From: Ostreococcus lucimarinus | Taxonomy: Eukaryota | Assembly (NCBI GenBank): GCA_000092065.1 | Contig: CP000585.1 | Strand: one strand, 5' to 3' | DNA: 64,000 nt | Shown here: positions 40,624 through 51,900 of the stretch, piece after piece | How positions within the stretch are numbered: position 1 is the stretch's first letter | Layout of the letters: each line of letters begins with the position of its first letter | Notes under the pieces: generated by a model | What the model was told of the DNA's origin: nothing | The model's input: only the letters and a program-made list of their open reading frames with translations | The model's database searches: none | Program-made: the position numbers and the translations under genes

Positions 40624-42111
40624 CTAGAGTAACATCGTCATCGGATCTTCTAAATAACACTTGAAGGATTGAAGCCACTGCGCCCCCACGGCTCCATCCA
40701 CGACGCGATGATCGCAGCTCAAAGTCGCGCTCATTACCAAGACTTCCTCGTAGCCGCCCTCTGCGTTCTTGACGACTTCCTTTCTAGCTCCGCCGACGGC
40801 GAGGATCGCCGCTTGCGGCGGGTTTACGATCGCAGCGAAGTTCTTCACGCCGAACATGCCGAGGTTGCTAATGGTAAACGTGCCTCCAGTCATGTCCTGG
40901 GGCGTGAGAGAGCCGCTGCGCGCGCGGCCGGCGAGCGACTTGACTTCGGCGCTGATAGACTTCAACCCCAGGCAGCACGCAGATCGCACGATGGGCACCA
41001 TCAGCCCGCGCTCGGTCTGCACCGCTACAGAAATATCAGCTTTTTTGTACTTGCGAATCTTATCGCCCAACCAGCTGGCGTTCACGTCCGGCACCGCGAG
41101 CAACGCCTTGGCGCTCGCCTTGACGATGAAATCGTTCACGCTAATCTTCGCCCCTTCCGCAGCCTTATCATCAGCGAGCTGCTTGTTCAACGTTTCACGA
41201 ATCCCCATCATGTTATCCAAGCGCACGTCTACGGTGAGATAGAAATGCGGCAGTTGCTGCTTGCTTTCCGTCAAGCGCTCCGCGGTGACGCGCTTGATGG
41301 CGCTCACGCTCACGTCTTCGAAATCCGGGAAAAACTTGGACAACGGATGTTCCGCCACAACCGTGTGCGTCACCGCCTCACTCGCGCTCGACGCGCGCGC
41401 CGTGAGCACGTCCTCGGCGATCACGCGCCCGTTCGGCCCACTCCCGCTCACGGTCTCCAATCGCACGCCTCGTTCCTCGGCCAACCGTCTCGCCAGCGGC
41501 GACGCGAACACCCGTTCCCCGCTCGCGCGCGCGCTCATCCGCGCCGTCGCGCGCGTCGACGCCCTCACCACCGGCATCGTCACCGCCGTCTCCACCGCGC
41601 TCTTCGCCGGTTCCGTCGTCACCGTCTCCGTCGCTTTATAATCCTTAAACGCCGCCACCGCGCTCGCCTCCTCGCACATCACGCACACCGGCGTCCCCAC
41701 CTCCACGTCCGTCGCTCCCTCGGGCACCAGGATCGCCGCCAGGTACCCATCATCCGTCGCTTCCATCGCCATCGTCGCCTTATCCGTCTCCACGTCCGCG
41801 ATCGCGTCGCCGGCTTTGATTTCATCGCCGATCGCGCGATGCCACCGCGCGATCCCACCGCGCTCCATCGTCGGCGACAGCGCCGGCATCGGCAGCACGA
41901 CGTGCTCGGGGAGCGTCGACGACGACGACGCGAATCGCGCGCGCGCGGACGCGTCGAGCGCGGCGCGCGCGGCGCGCGCGCGCGAGGACGCGTCGACGGT
42001 CGCGCGCGCGAACGTCGAGGCGCGCGCGCGCGACGACGACGACGACGACGACGACGCCGGCGCGGGCGCGCGCGCGGCGGCGACGACGGCGCGAGCGAGC
42101 GCGCGACGCAT
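40624..42111 (-). CDS. DLAT: Dihydrolipoamide acetyltransferase, E2 component of pyruvate dehydrogenase (mitochondrial)
   Basis: Lipoyl domain 'PMPALSPTMERGGIARWH...IADVETDKATMAMEA', E3-binding region, catalytic domain ending 'DHRVVDGAVGAQWL'. Ser/Ala/Arg-rich presequence. Confidence 0.9.
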   Translation of the reverse strand: MRRALARAVVAAARAPAPASSSSSSSSRARASTFARATVDASSRARAARAALDASARARFASSSSTLPEHVVLPMPALSPTMERGGIARWHRAIGDEIKAGDAIADVETDKATMAMEATDDGYLAAILVPEGATDVEVGTPVCVMCEEASAVAAFKDYKATETVTTEPAKSAVETAVTMPVVRASTRATARMSARASGERVFASPLARRLAEERGVRLETVSGSGPNGRVIAEDVLTARASSASEAVTHTVVAEHPLSKFFPDFEDVSVSAIKRVTAERLTESKQQLPHFYLTVDVRLDNMMGIRETLNKQLADDKAAEGAKISVNDFIVKASAKALLAVPDVNASWLGDKIRKYKKADISVAVQTERGLMVPIVRSACCLGLKSISAEVKSLAGRARSGSLTPQDMTGGTFTISNLGMFGVKNFAAIVNPPQAAILAVGGARKEVVKNAEGGYEEVLVMSATLSCDHRVVDGAVGAQWLQSFKCYLEDPMTMLL

Positions 42112-42377
42112 CGCGCGCGCGTCGCGGCGAGCGTCGCTCGGGCGACGCGCGAGGACGTGTGCGGACGACGCGTCGGGCGCGCGTCGCGTCGAGGGCTACT
42201 CCCGGGTGTTTCGGGCGCGCGCGTCGTCGCGCGCCGCGCGTCCGACGGCGCGGCGCGATGATCGATCGAATCTGCGCGAGGAATACGCATCGCTAACTAC
42301 GCTAGAGCTAATCTACGGTCGTCGCGAACGCGCGCGCGTCGCGCGACGATTCGGCGGCGGCGCGCGCCGCGAGCGCG

Positions 42378-42989
42378 CTACGCGTCGGCGACGGCGCGGC
42401 GACCCGGCGGTAACGCCGGTTTCTTCCGCACTATCGGCGGCGCCGGCGGGTCGTCGTTCGCGCGCACGCCGTCACCGTCGCCGTCGCGCGTCCCTCTGGG
42501 AGCCGCCGCCGCGGGCGCCGCGCGAAGCGTCGTCGCCGCCAACCGTCTCGCGACTTCGGACGCCGGCGTCGCCGCCGCGCCCACGCGCACCGTCACCGCC
42601 TCGCTCGGATCGAACTCCACGAATTTCGGCGCCCTCGCCGCGACGTCGGACGTCGACCGCGCGTCGAGGTCGACGCGCGCGTCCCGCGCCGCGCGTTCCC
42701 GCGTCCCGACCGCGTCGCCGCCGCCGCGCGCCGCCGCGCGCACCTCTCCCGCGTTCGCCAGCGCCACCCCACTCGTCGTCCGCGCCAGCGCCGCGCGCGC
42801 GACCGCGACCGTCGCGCCGCGCTCGACGTCCTCGATCGTCGCCACCCCGGTCCAGCGCTCGCGCTCGACGACGACGACCTCACCGTCACCCGTCGCGAGC
42901 CGCAGTTTGAGCGTGCGACTCGCGCGCGCGTCCTCGCGCGCGCGCGCGCCGCGCGCGACGTCGCGCGCGTCCACGACGCGCAGCGCGAC

Positions 42990-43026
<37 letters not shown>

Positions 43027-43049
43027 CGCGCGACGCCCGACGGACGCAT
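42378..43049 (-). CDS. Hypothetical protein (low-complexity, Asp/Gly and Ala/Arg-rich)
   Basis: ATG-initiated 223-aa ORF filling the ~1-kb gap between PDH-E2 and the SUN gene. Its start is 49 bp from the SUN ATG (divergent). Composition is only weakly protein-like. Confidence 0.3.
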
Positions 43050-43097
43050 TGTGCGGCCGACCGACCGACCGACCGACGCGTCACAACGCCGCGCGCG

Positions 43098-43247
43098 ATG
43101 CCCGCACGCGCGCCGGCGAGGACGCGCGCGCCGGCGACGAGCGCGGAGACGCGCGCGAAAAGCGCGACGCGCGCGCGCGGAGACGCGCGCGACACGCGCG
43201 GCGCGGACGCGCGCGATGATGATTTAAACGAAAAAGATGACCGTTCG

Positions 43248-43280
<33 letters not shown>

Positions 43281-46200
43281 TGCGACGACGCGTGGGGCGT
43301 CGCGCGCGGCGAGCGAGACGTGCGCGCGGGAATGATACGCGTGCGGAGCACGGTGCCGCTGATCGTGAGCACGCTGTGCGTGGTGGTGACGGCGCTCATC
43401 GCGGTGTGCGCGCAGAGCTGGCACGTGCGCGAGACGGCGATGCGGTTGGCGAGCGTGCGATTGAGCGCGACGAGCGTGAAGCTCGGACCGACGACGAGAC
43501 GGTTGACAGCGCTCGAGGATGCGGTGAGGAGATTGGAGAGCGAGAAGGCGAGCGTGCGCGCGGTGGATGGGGTGAAGGCGACGGTGGAGGCGGAGCGCGC
43601 GGCGAACGCGGCGAACGCGGCGACGACGACGACGGACGCGAAGGTCGTCAAGACGGAGATGAAGGCGGAGTTGAAATCGGTTTTGGCGCAGATTGATGCG
43701 TTGAGTAAGCGACAAAATAGTTTCGTGACGACCGCGGAGCTTAAGAAGAGCAGTGGCGCTCTCAAGGCGGAGCTCGCGGAACTCGAAAAGACGGCCGCGG
43801 CGCTCGAAAAGAAGCAAGCGAACTTCGCGGCCAAGACGGAGCTCGCGTCGCTCGAGAAGACCACCGCGGCGCTCGACAAGGGACAAGCCAATTTCGTCAC
43901 CAAAGCGCAGCTTCAAAAGGTGAACGTCGCGAACGATCTCGCACTGTCTGCTGAGCGCTTACGAATCGACGACGCCATCAAGGAGGCCAAGTCGCTTCGA
44001 GACGCCATCGACGCCGTATCCAAGAGCTTGGCGCAGATTGATGCGTTGAGTAAGCGACAAAATAGTTTCGTGACGACCGCGGAGCTTAAGAAGAGCAGTG
44101 GCGCTCTCAAGGCGGAGCTCGCGGAACTCGAAAAGACGGCCGCGGCGCTCGAAAAGAAGCAAGCGAACTTCGCGGCCAAGACGGAGCTCGCGTCGCTCGA
44201 GAAGACCACCGCGGCGCTCGACAAGGGACAAGCCAATTTCGTCACCAAAGCGCAGCTTCAAAAGGTGAACGTCGCGAACGATCTCGCACTGTCTGCTGAG
44301 CGCTTACGAATCGACGACGCCATCAAGGAGGCCAAGTCGCTTCGAGACGCCATCGACGCCGTATCCAAGAGCTTGGCGCAGATTGATGCGTTGAGTAAGC
44401 GACAAAATAGTTTCGTGACGACCGCGGAGCTTAAGAAGAGCAGTGGCGCTCTCAAGGCGGAGCTCGCGGAACTCGAAAAGACGGCCGCGGCGCTCGAAAA
44501 GAAGCAAGCGAACTTCGCGGCCAAGACGGAGCTCGCGTCGCTCGAGAAGACCACCGCGGCGCTCGACAAGGGACAAGCCAATTTCGTCACCAAAGCGCAG
44601 CTTCAAAAGGTGAACGTCGCGAACGATCTCGCACTGTCTGCTGAGCGCTTACGAATCGACGACGCCATCAAGGAGGCCAAGTCGCTTCGAGACGCCATCG
44701 ACGCCGTATCCAAGAGCTTGGCGCAGATTGATGCGTTGAGTAAGCGACAAAATAGTTTCGTGACGACCGCGGAGCTTAAGAAGAGCAGTGGCGCTCTCAA
44801 GGCGGAGCTCGCGGAACTCGAAAAGACGGCCGCGGCGCTCGAAAAGAAGCAAGCGAACTTCGCGGCCAAGACGGAGCTCGCGTCGCTCGAGAAGACCACC
44901 GCGGCGCTCGACAAGGGACAAGCCAATTTCGTCACCAAAGCGCAGCTTCAAAAGGTGAACGTCGCGAACGATCTCGCACTGTCTGCTGAGCGCTTACGAA
45001 TCGACGACGCCATCAAGGAGGCCAAGTCGCTTCGAGACGCCATCGACGCCGTATCCAAGAGCCAGGACGTCTTCATCACGAATACTACTCTCCGACGAGT
45101 GGAGTCACAAATCGAAGCGCTGAAGAAGATGCAAGCAAAGAAGGGATTCTTCTCAACACGGCCGAAAGGGCCGGTCGTTTCCGACGAGCAGATTGCGATG
45201 CTCGAGGCCACGGTTGCTACTTTTGCGACACATTTGGCGGATTTGGAAAAGAACCAAGCCGACTTCGTGACCACAGCGCAACTGCAAAAGTTCGAGGGCG
45301 CTTCGGAGGAAATCAAGTCGCTCCAGAGGGAAATTCACGTTGTTTCCAAGAAGCAAGCCAACTACGTCAGCGTGGCGCAATTACAAAAGCTCGAAGTGGT
45401 GACGGATGAAATTAAATCGCTGCAGAGTGAGATTTCGGCGCTCGCTAAGACGCAAGACGAGTTTGCTATTCTCAGCGCGAGTCTTAAGGATGTTGAGAGT
45501 AAGATCGCGGCGTTGGCGGATGGTAAGAAGAAGACCGGGCTCCTCTCTAAGCTTTCGAAGAAGACAGACACCAAGGTCACCAACAAGCAACTTGTTGAGC
45601 TCGAGAACGCTGTCGCGACGTTGGAGAAGACTCAGACGAAATTCGCTTCGCTTGCGAGTTCACAGATCAGCACGTTGGAGTCTACTCTTGATGCGATTTC
45701 GCAGCAGCAATCCAGTGCGCTCACAGCTGCTGATTTGAAGAGTATTCAAAAGGCCATCACGGCGCTGGAGAAGAGTCAGGAAAGTTTCGCGACGACTGCA
45801 CAGCTACAGAAAGTGGATGCATCTCGAGAGATCAAGGCTTTGGAAGAAGCTTTAGCGGAGATTCTACAGAGTCAGCATTCGTTTGCGAACTCGACTGCCG
45901 TCGAAGAGCTTGAGACGAAAGTCATGGCACTCGAAGCTCGACAAAACGAAAAGCGCGGTGGGATGTTCAAGCGAAGCGCGAGCACCGACACCTCTGTCAC
46001 CAATAAGCAACTCAAGGCTTTAGAAGACACCATCGCGGCCCTGACGAAGAGTCAAGCGGACTTCGCCACGGTTACCCAGCTGAAAGAAAGTGCGCAGGCG
46101 CTTTCGCAACAGCAAGCCGGCGCGCTTACGGCGGCTGACTTGAAGGGCATTCAAAAAGCAGTCGCGTCGCTAGAAAAGAGTCAGAACGGTTTCGCGACGA

Positions 46201-48128
46201 CGGCGCAATTACAAAAGCTCGAAGTGGTGACAGATGAAATTAAATCGCTGCAGAGTGAGATTTCGGCGCTCGCTAAGACGCAAGACGAGTTTGCTATTCT
46301 CAGCGCGAGTCTTAAGGATGTTGAGAGTAAGATCGCGGCGTTGGCGGATGGTAAGAAGAAGACCGGGCTCCTCTCTAAGCTTTCGAAGAAGACAGACACC
46401 AAGGTCACCAACAAGCAACTCAAGGCTCTAGAAGACGCCATCGCGGCTCTGACGAAGAGTCAAGCGGACTTCGCCACGGTTACCCAGCTGAAAGAAAGTG
46501 CGCAGGCGCTTTCGCAACAGCAAGCCGGCGCGCTTACGGCGGCTGACTTGAAGGGCATTCAAAAAGCAGTCGCGTCGCTAGAAAAGAGTCAGAACGGTTT
46601 CGCGACGACGGCGCAATTACAAAAGCTCGAAGTGGTGACAGATGAAATTAAATCGCTGCAGAGTGAGATTTCGGCGCTCGCTAAGACGCAAGACGAGTTT
46701 GCTATTCTCAGCGCGAGTCTTAAGGATGTTGAGAGTAAGATCGCGGCGTTGGCGGATGGTAAGAAGAAGACCGGGCTCCTCTCTAAGCTTTCGAAGAAGA
46801 CAGACACCAAGGTCACCAACAAGCAACTCAAGGCTCTAGAAGACGCCATCGCGGCTCTGACGAAGAGTCAAGCGGACTTCGCCACGGTTACCCAGCTGAA
46901 AGAAAGTGCGCAGGCGCTTTCGCAACAGCAAGCCGGCGCGCTTACGGCGGCTGACTTGAAGGGCATTCAAAAAGCAGTCGCGTCGCTAGAAAAGAGTCAG
47001 AACGGTTTCGCGACGACGGCGCAATTACAAAAGCTCGAAGTGGTGACAGATGAAATTAAATCGCTGCAGAGTGAGATTTCGGCGCTCGCTAAGACGCAAG
47101 ACGAGTTTGCTATTCTCAGCGCGAGTCTTAAGGATGTTGAGAGTAAGATCGCGGCGTTGGCGGATGGTAAGAAGAAGACCGGGCTCCTCTCTAAGCTTTC
47201 GAAGAAGACAGACACCAAGGTCACCAACAAGCAACTCAAGGCTCTAGAAGACGCCATCGCGGCTCTGACGAAGAGTCAAGCGGACTTCGCCACGGTTACC
47301 CAGCTGAAAAAGGTTGCCGCCACGTTGGATGCGTTGAAAAACGTGCACGACAATTATGCGACGACGAAACTTGTGAAGAACTTGGAACTCAAGCTGAACC
47401 AGGTGATCAAAACGAGCGGGGGGCTGTCGACGACGCAGACAAATTTGGTGGAGTTAGAGCAAAGAGCGATGGAGCGCGTTGAGAGTTATATTAAAACAAT
47501 CCCGAAAGATACCTCGAGAAAGCTCACGAAACACATCGAGGAGGCTTCGAGTTTGTGGTTTGCGGACAGAACTGGAAGGCAGGACTTCGCGCTCGCTTCA
47601 GGTGGCGGGCGCGTCGTCGGTCACTCTCAGCTTTCGCCGTTTGTAGGCCGTGGCGACGGTCCCATCACGTCGGTGCTTTCGTTCCTTCAATCCGGAGTGC
47701 ATCCGAAGAGCGACGAGTGGTTACTCACGCCGTCTTTGGAGCAACCAGGGGATTGTATCGCGTTGCATTCGTCGACCGGTTATGTTGATGTTCGTTTGCG
47801 TCAGTCTGTGAAAGTGGACGCGGTCACGCTCGAGCACGCGAATAGCTTGAACGCGTACGACTTGCACAGCGCGCCACGAGATGTACAAGTATACGGTTGG
47901 CACGCACGCAAGAAGAGTTGCAAGCATAGCAAACCGCCCAAGTCGTTGATTCCTCTCGGCAACTACACGTACAGTATCAACCGCGGAAGCGTACAAACTT
48001 TCGACGTGGTGTCACCGCAGACCGTCGACCATGTGCGTCTAGTGGTGAAGAACAATCAAGGGCACCAGAAGTGGACGTGCCTGTACCGGTTCCGAGTACA
48101 CGGCGTGCCAGAACGAGTCGAAGCGTGA
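43098..48128 (+). CDS. SUN-domain (Sad1/UNC-84) nuclear-envelope protein with giant repetitive coiled-coil
   Basis: ATG start. Short acidic N-terminus (D13 run). Single TM ('LIVSTLCVVVTALIAVCAQ'). ~1,350 aa Ala/Lys/Glu/Leu-rich coiled coil built from 115-aa and 136-aa tandem units. C-terminal SUN domain ('...ITSVLSFLQSGVHPKSDEWLLTP...GDCIALHSSTGYVDVRLRQSVKVDAVTLEHAN...QKWTCLYRFRVHG'). Confidence 0.85.
43690..45060. repeat. 345-bp tandem repeat, 4 nucleotide-identical copies (115-aa coiled-coil unit 'SLAQIDALSKRQNSFVTTAELKKSSGALKAELAELEKTAAALEKKQANF...')
   Basis: Antisense ORFs at 43913-44248, 44258-44593 and 44603-44938 are identical, giving a 345-bp period. The protein shows four identical 115-aa units. 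Confidence 0.9.
45365..47300. repeat. 408-bp tandem repeat family, 3 identical copies plus divergent flanking partial copies (136-aa unit 'TNKQLKALEDAIAALTKSQADFATVTQLKESAQALSQQQAGALTAADLKGIQKAVASLEKSQNGF...')
   Basis: Antisense ORFs at 46181-46441, 46589-46849 and 46997-47257 are identical, giving a 408-bp period. An earlier diverged copy starts at ~45365. Confidence 0.9.
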
Positions 48129-48387
48129 AACGCAAACTTACGTAGCTCCCGTAGATTAATTTTGATGAAACTCAACAAAGACTATTAACGCTGCGAGCAC
48201 ACGGAAAGGGGCGCGCAAAGGACGCACAAAGTGGGCGTGGTTATTCAACCTTCTAAGCTAATACGGCAACTTGATAGCCTGTGGTTTCGTGATCGATGAA
48301 CATCACCGTTCACTCGCGCGGGTATAACGATATTACCCCGAGCGATGGGCGAGAGTGAAAGTATACAACGATGAAGCTCTTGCTCGC

Positions 48388-48884
<497 letters not shown>

Positions 48885-49762
48885 CAAAACATTCGAGCGT
48901 CCGTCAGTCTCCCGTACCCACATCGCGTCGCGTTTCGCTCTCAACCGCCCCCGCGACGTCGACGCCGCGCGCGCGCGACGCTCGACCGCCCCCGTCGCTC
49001 GTCCCATCGCCGCCCACGACGCCATCGACCCCACATTCGCGCGCATATCATCCAGCGATAATACACATCCCACGCCCACGCCCCATCGCCTCCCCTCGCG
49101 CGTCGGCGCCCATCGAGCCCTCCCATTTCCAACGCCACAGATCGAGCGCCAACGATCCAACGCGTGCGCGCACGATCAACGCCCTCTCGCGTTCCTCGAT
49201 CACCCGTTCGACCCGATCGCGCGCGCGACGCGCGCGACGAAATCTTCCCGCGCGATTTCCGCCGTCCGAGCCGACGCGCGACGCGCGACGCGCGACGTGG
49301 GCGGCGATTCCGCGCGACAATCCGAATCGCGCGATTATGCGCTGGAATCGTCCATCGTCGATCGTCGTCCGCGTCTCGTCGACGCGTCGCGATCGCGGCG
49401 CGCGCGCGGTATCCGCGGGCGCATCAAAACGCGCGCGCGTACCATGTCGTGTGATTTCGCGAAGTCGCGTCGCGGTGTGCGCGCGCGGGGGCGCGTGGTC
49501 GGAGTGTCGTCACCGCGCGCGCGAAACGATCTGATGGGCGTTTGTGGTATTAAATATGTAAATGTACATTTCAACCAACGCGTCGTTATACATAGAGCTG
49601 TCGTGTGATTTTATATGCACATCGCTCGTGATAAATTTTGTCGGTTTGAACGGTCGACGACGACAGCTCGAACCGCTCGAGCGACGCGCGCCAGAGCGAC
49701 GCGGGCGCGGGCGCGAACGCCAACGAGGAGCGACGGAAGGGAAGACGACGCGCTTTCGGACG

Positions 49763-51781
49763 ATGCCGAAAAAGCCGACGAATCTGAACGCGAAAGGGGA
49801 CAAAAATCTGACGCAAAAGTCTCCGGCGGAATTTTTCCAAGACAACAAAGGCATCGCTGGGTTCGAAAACGCGGGGAAATCGCTGTACACGACGCTTCGA
49901 GAGTTCATCGAGAACGCGTTGGATGCGGCGGAAGCGATCGGGACGCTGCCGGAGATCGATATCGCGGTGGAGGAGGTGTCGGTGTCTCAATACGAGAGCC
50001 TCATCGGGCTCAAGGCGCACGTGCGGTTGGACGACGAGCTGTACGCGGATTTTGAGAGCGATAAGGCGAAGGCAAAGCGGTTGGCGCAAGAGGCGAAAAA
50101 GGCGGCGAAAGCGGCGTCGGCGGCGTCGAAGCGAGGGGGAGGTGGGAAGCGGGATCAGGCGAAATGTTTTTATAAGATTACCGTCAAGGACAACGGGAAG
50201 GGCATGCAACACGAGGACATTCCGAACATGTTGGGACGGGTTTTGAGTGGTACCAAGTACGGGGTGCGACAAACGCGAGGGAAATTCGGACTCGGGTCGA
50301 AAATGGCGTTGATTTGGTCCAAGCAAACCACAGGATTGCCCATTCGCATTCGAAGCGCGTTGCCGAACCAGTCGTTCATCTCCGAGTACGCGTTAGACAT
50401 CGACATCGAGAAGAACGAGCCAAACATTCATAAGGAGGCGAAATTACCCAATGACGATAAGTGGCACGGTGCGGAACTGTCGGTGACCATCGAAGGTAAC
50501 TGGACGACGTACAGGCAATACGTGTTGTCGTATTTGAGACAGCTCGCCATCGTCACGCCGTACGCGCAGTTTCGGTTTAGATTTGTTACCTCTGCGGCGA
50601 CGACGTCGACGGCGAAAGATATCGATATCGTATTTAGACGCCGTACCGATATCATGCCGGCGCTTCCCACGGTGACGAAGCATCACCCTTCGGCGGCGAA
50701 GGAGAACATGCTCTTGATAAAGGATTTACTTTCGCAGACGCGTGAGAAGAATTTGCTCAACTTTTTGCATAAAGAGTTCACGTGCATCAACAAGGACCAT
50801 TCTTCTCGCCTGATTCAAGAACTCGGCTACGGTTTCGATACGGACATGCACCCGTCCGAGGTGACGGATAAGCAAGCGACGAGAATACAGCAGCTTTTGG
50901 CGGACGCGCGCTTCGACGATCCAGACGGCTCGTGCCTTTCGCCGGCGGGCGAATACAACCTGCGTTTAGGCATCATGAAGGAGCTCGGCCCAGAGTGGAT
51001 CGCATCATTTTGCGCTCCTGCTTTAGCTTGCGGTGGACACCCGCTCGTCGTCGAAGCTTGCGTTTCGCTCGGCGGTCGCGAAGTGAAACCGGGATTCAAC
51101 GTGTTTCGCTTCGCAAATAGAATTCCGCTCCTCTTTGAAGGCGGTAACGACGTCGTTACGAGATGCGTGCAGCGCTTGAACTGGAACACGTATAAGATTG
51201 ACAAGAACAACGATAAGATTGGCGTCTTCGTCTCCATCGTGTCCACAAAAATCCCTTTCAAAGGCACGTCCAAGGAGTACATCGGGGATGAAAACAACGA
51301 AATCGCCGACGCCGTCGACAAGGCAATCAAGCAGTGCGCCTTGCAGCTTCGAGGGAAGATTGTCCGCGCGCAAGTGGCGAAAGATCGGAAAGCTCGCAAA
51401 AAGCAACTCGCCAAGTACATTCCTGATGTGGCGCGCGCAGTCTTCGCGATGCTTGCGGCCGCCGCGGACGCGGACGAGCCGCCATCGAAACGCGCTCGCG
51501 TCGGCGCCGCGTTATGGAAGGTGGACGAAAAGTGGGAGACGGACGTTTTGGAGCGGGCGAGAGAAGGTGAAGTGAGTGAAGCCGTGCTCAGGGCAAAGCT
51601 TGAAGAGCACGTGCAACGAAGTGATCACGAACAAGCGCTGGAATTTGCCATGCAAAACAACAAGGATGGCTTAAGCGAACTCATGTACTTGGTGCCCAAG
51701 ACGCCCGAGCACGAGTACCTTCCCGAGATTCGAAGCGGATCGTGTGCGTTTAGATTTCTCAAGGCGGCTGAATTGCGATGA
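49763..51781 (+). CDS. TOP6B: DNA topoisomerase VI subunit B (GHKL ATPase)
   Basis: 'KSPAEFFQDNKGIAGFENAGKSLYTTLREFIENALDA' Bergerat-fold N-terminus, 'KITVKDNGKGM' motif. Transducer domain throughout. Start at internal ATG 'MPKKPTNLN'. Confidence 0.9.
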   Translation: MPKKPTNLNAKGDKNLTQKSPAEFFQDNKGIAGFENAGKSLYTTLREFIENALDAAEAIGTLPEIDIAVEEVSVSQYESLIGLKAHVRLDDELYADFESDKAKAKRLAQEAKKAAKAASAASKRGGGGKRDQAKCFYKITVKDNGKGMQHEDIPNMLGRVLSGTKYGVRQTRGKFGLGSKMALIWSKQTTGLPIRIRSALPNQSFISEYALDIDIEKNEPNIHKEAKLPNDDKWHGAELSVTIEGNWTTYRQYVLSYLRQLAIVTPYAQFRFRFVTSAATTSTAKDIDIVFRRRTDIMPALPTVTKHHPSAAKENMLLIKDLLSQTREKNLLNFLHKEFTCINKDHSSRLIQELGYGFDTDMHPSEVTDKQATRIQQLLADARFDDPDGSCLSPAGEYNLRLGIMKELGPEWIASFCAPALACGGHPLVVEACVSLGGREVKPGFNVFRFANRIPLLFEGGNDVVTRCVQRLNWNTYKIDKNNDKIGVFVSIVSTKIPFKGTSKEYIGDENNEIADAVDKAIKQCALQLRGKIVRAQVAKDRKARKKQLAKYIPDVARAVFAMLAAAADADEPPSKRARVGAALWKVDEKWETDVLERAREGEVSEAVLRAKLEEHVQRSDHEQALEFAMQNNKDGLSELMYLVPKTPEHEYLPEIRSGSCAFRFLKAAELR

Positions 51782-51900
51782 AGATCAAGCCGCACGAATA
51801 TAGCGGGGAATGACGATGTAATATAACGACGACGCACGTAAAACGGAAAGCTTAGTAAATCGCTCACAACTGAAATTTTTCGCGCGCGAAGCGGCGCCCT

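Noticed and set aside
43913-47257. Families of identical 111-aa, 100-aa, 86-aa and 69-aa ORFs on the minus strand and alternate plus frames inside the SUN gene
   Set aside because: They are antisense or out-of-frame readings of the 345-bp and 408-bp coding repeats. Their identity simply mirrors the repeat structure. They are not independent genes or a mobile-element array.
43690-47300. Regularly spaced direct repeats, considered as a CRISPR array
   Set aside because: The units are 345 and 408 bp with no unique spacers. They lie inside a eukaryotic coding sequence and translate into a continuous coiled-coil. This is a eukaryotic nuclear locus with introns and snRNP genes.
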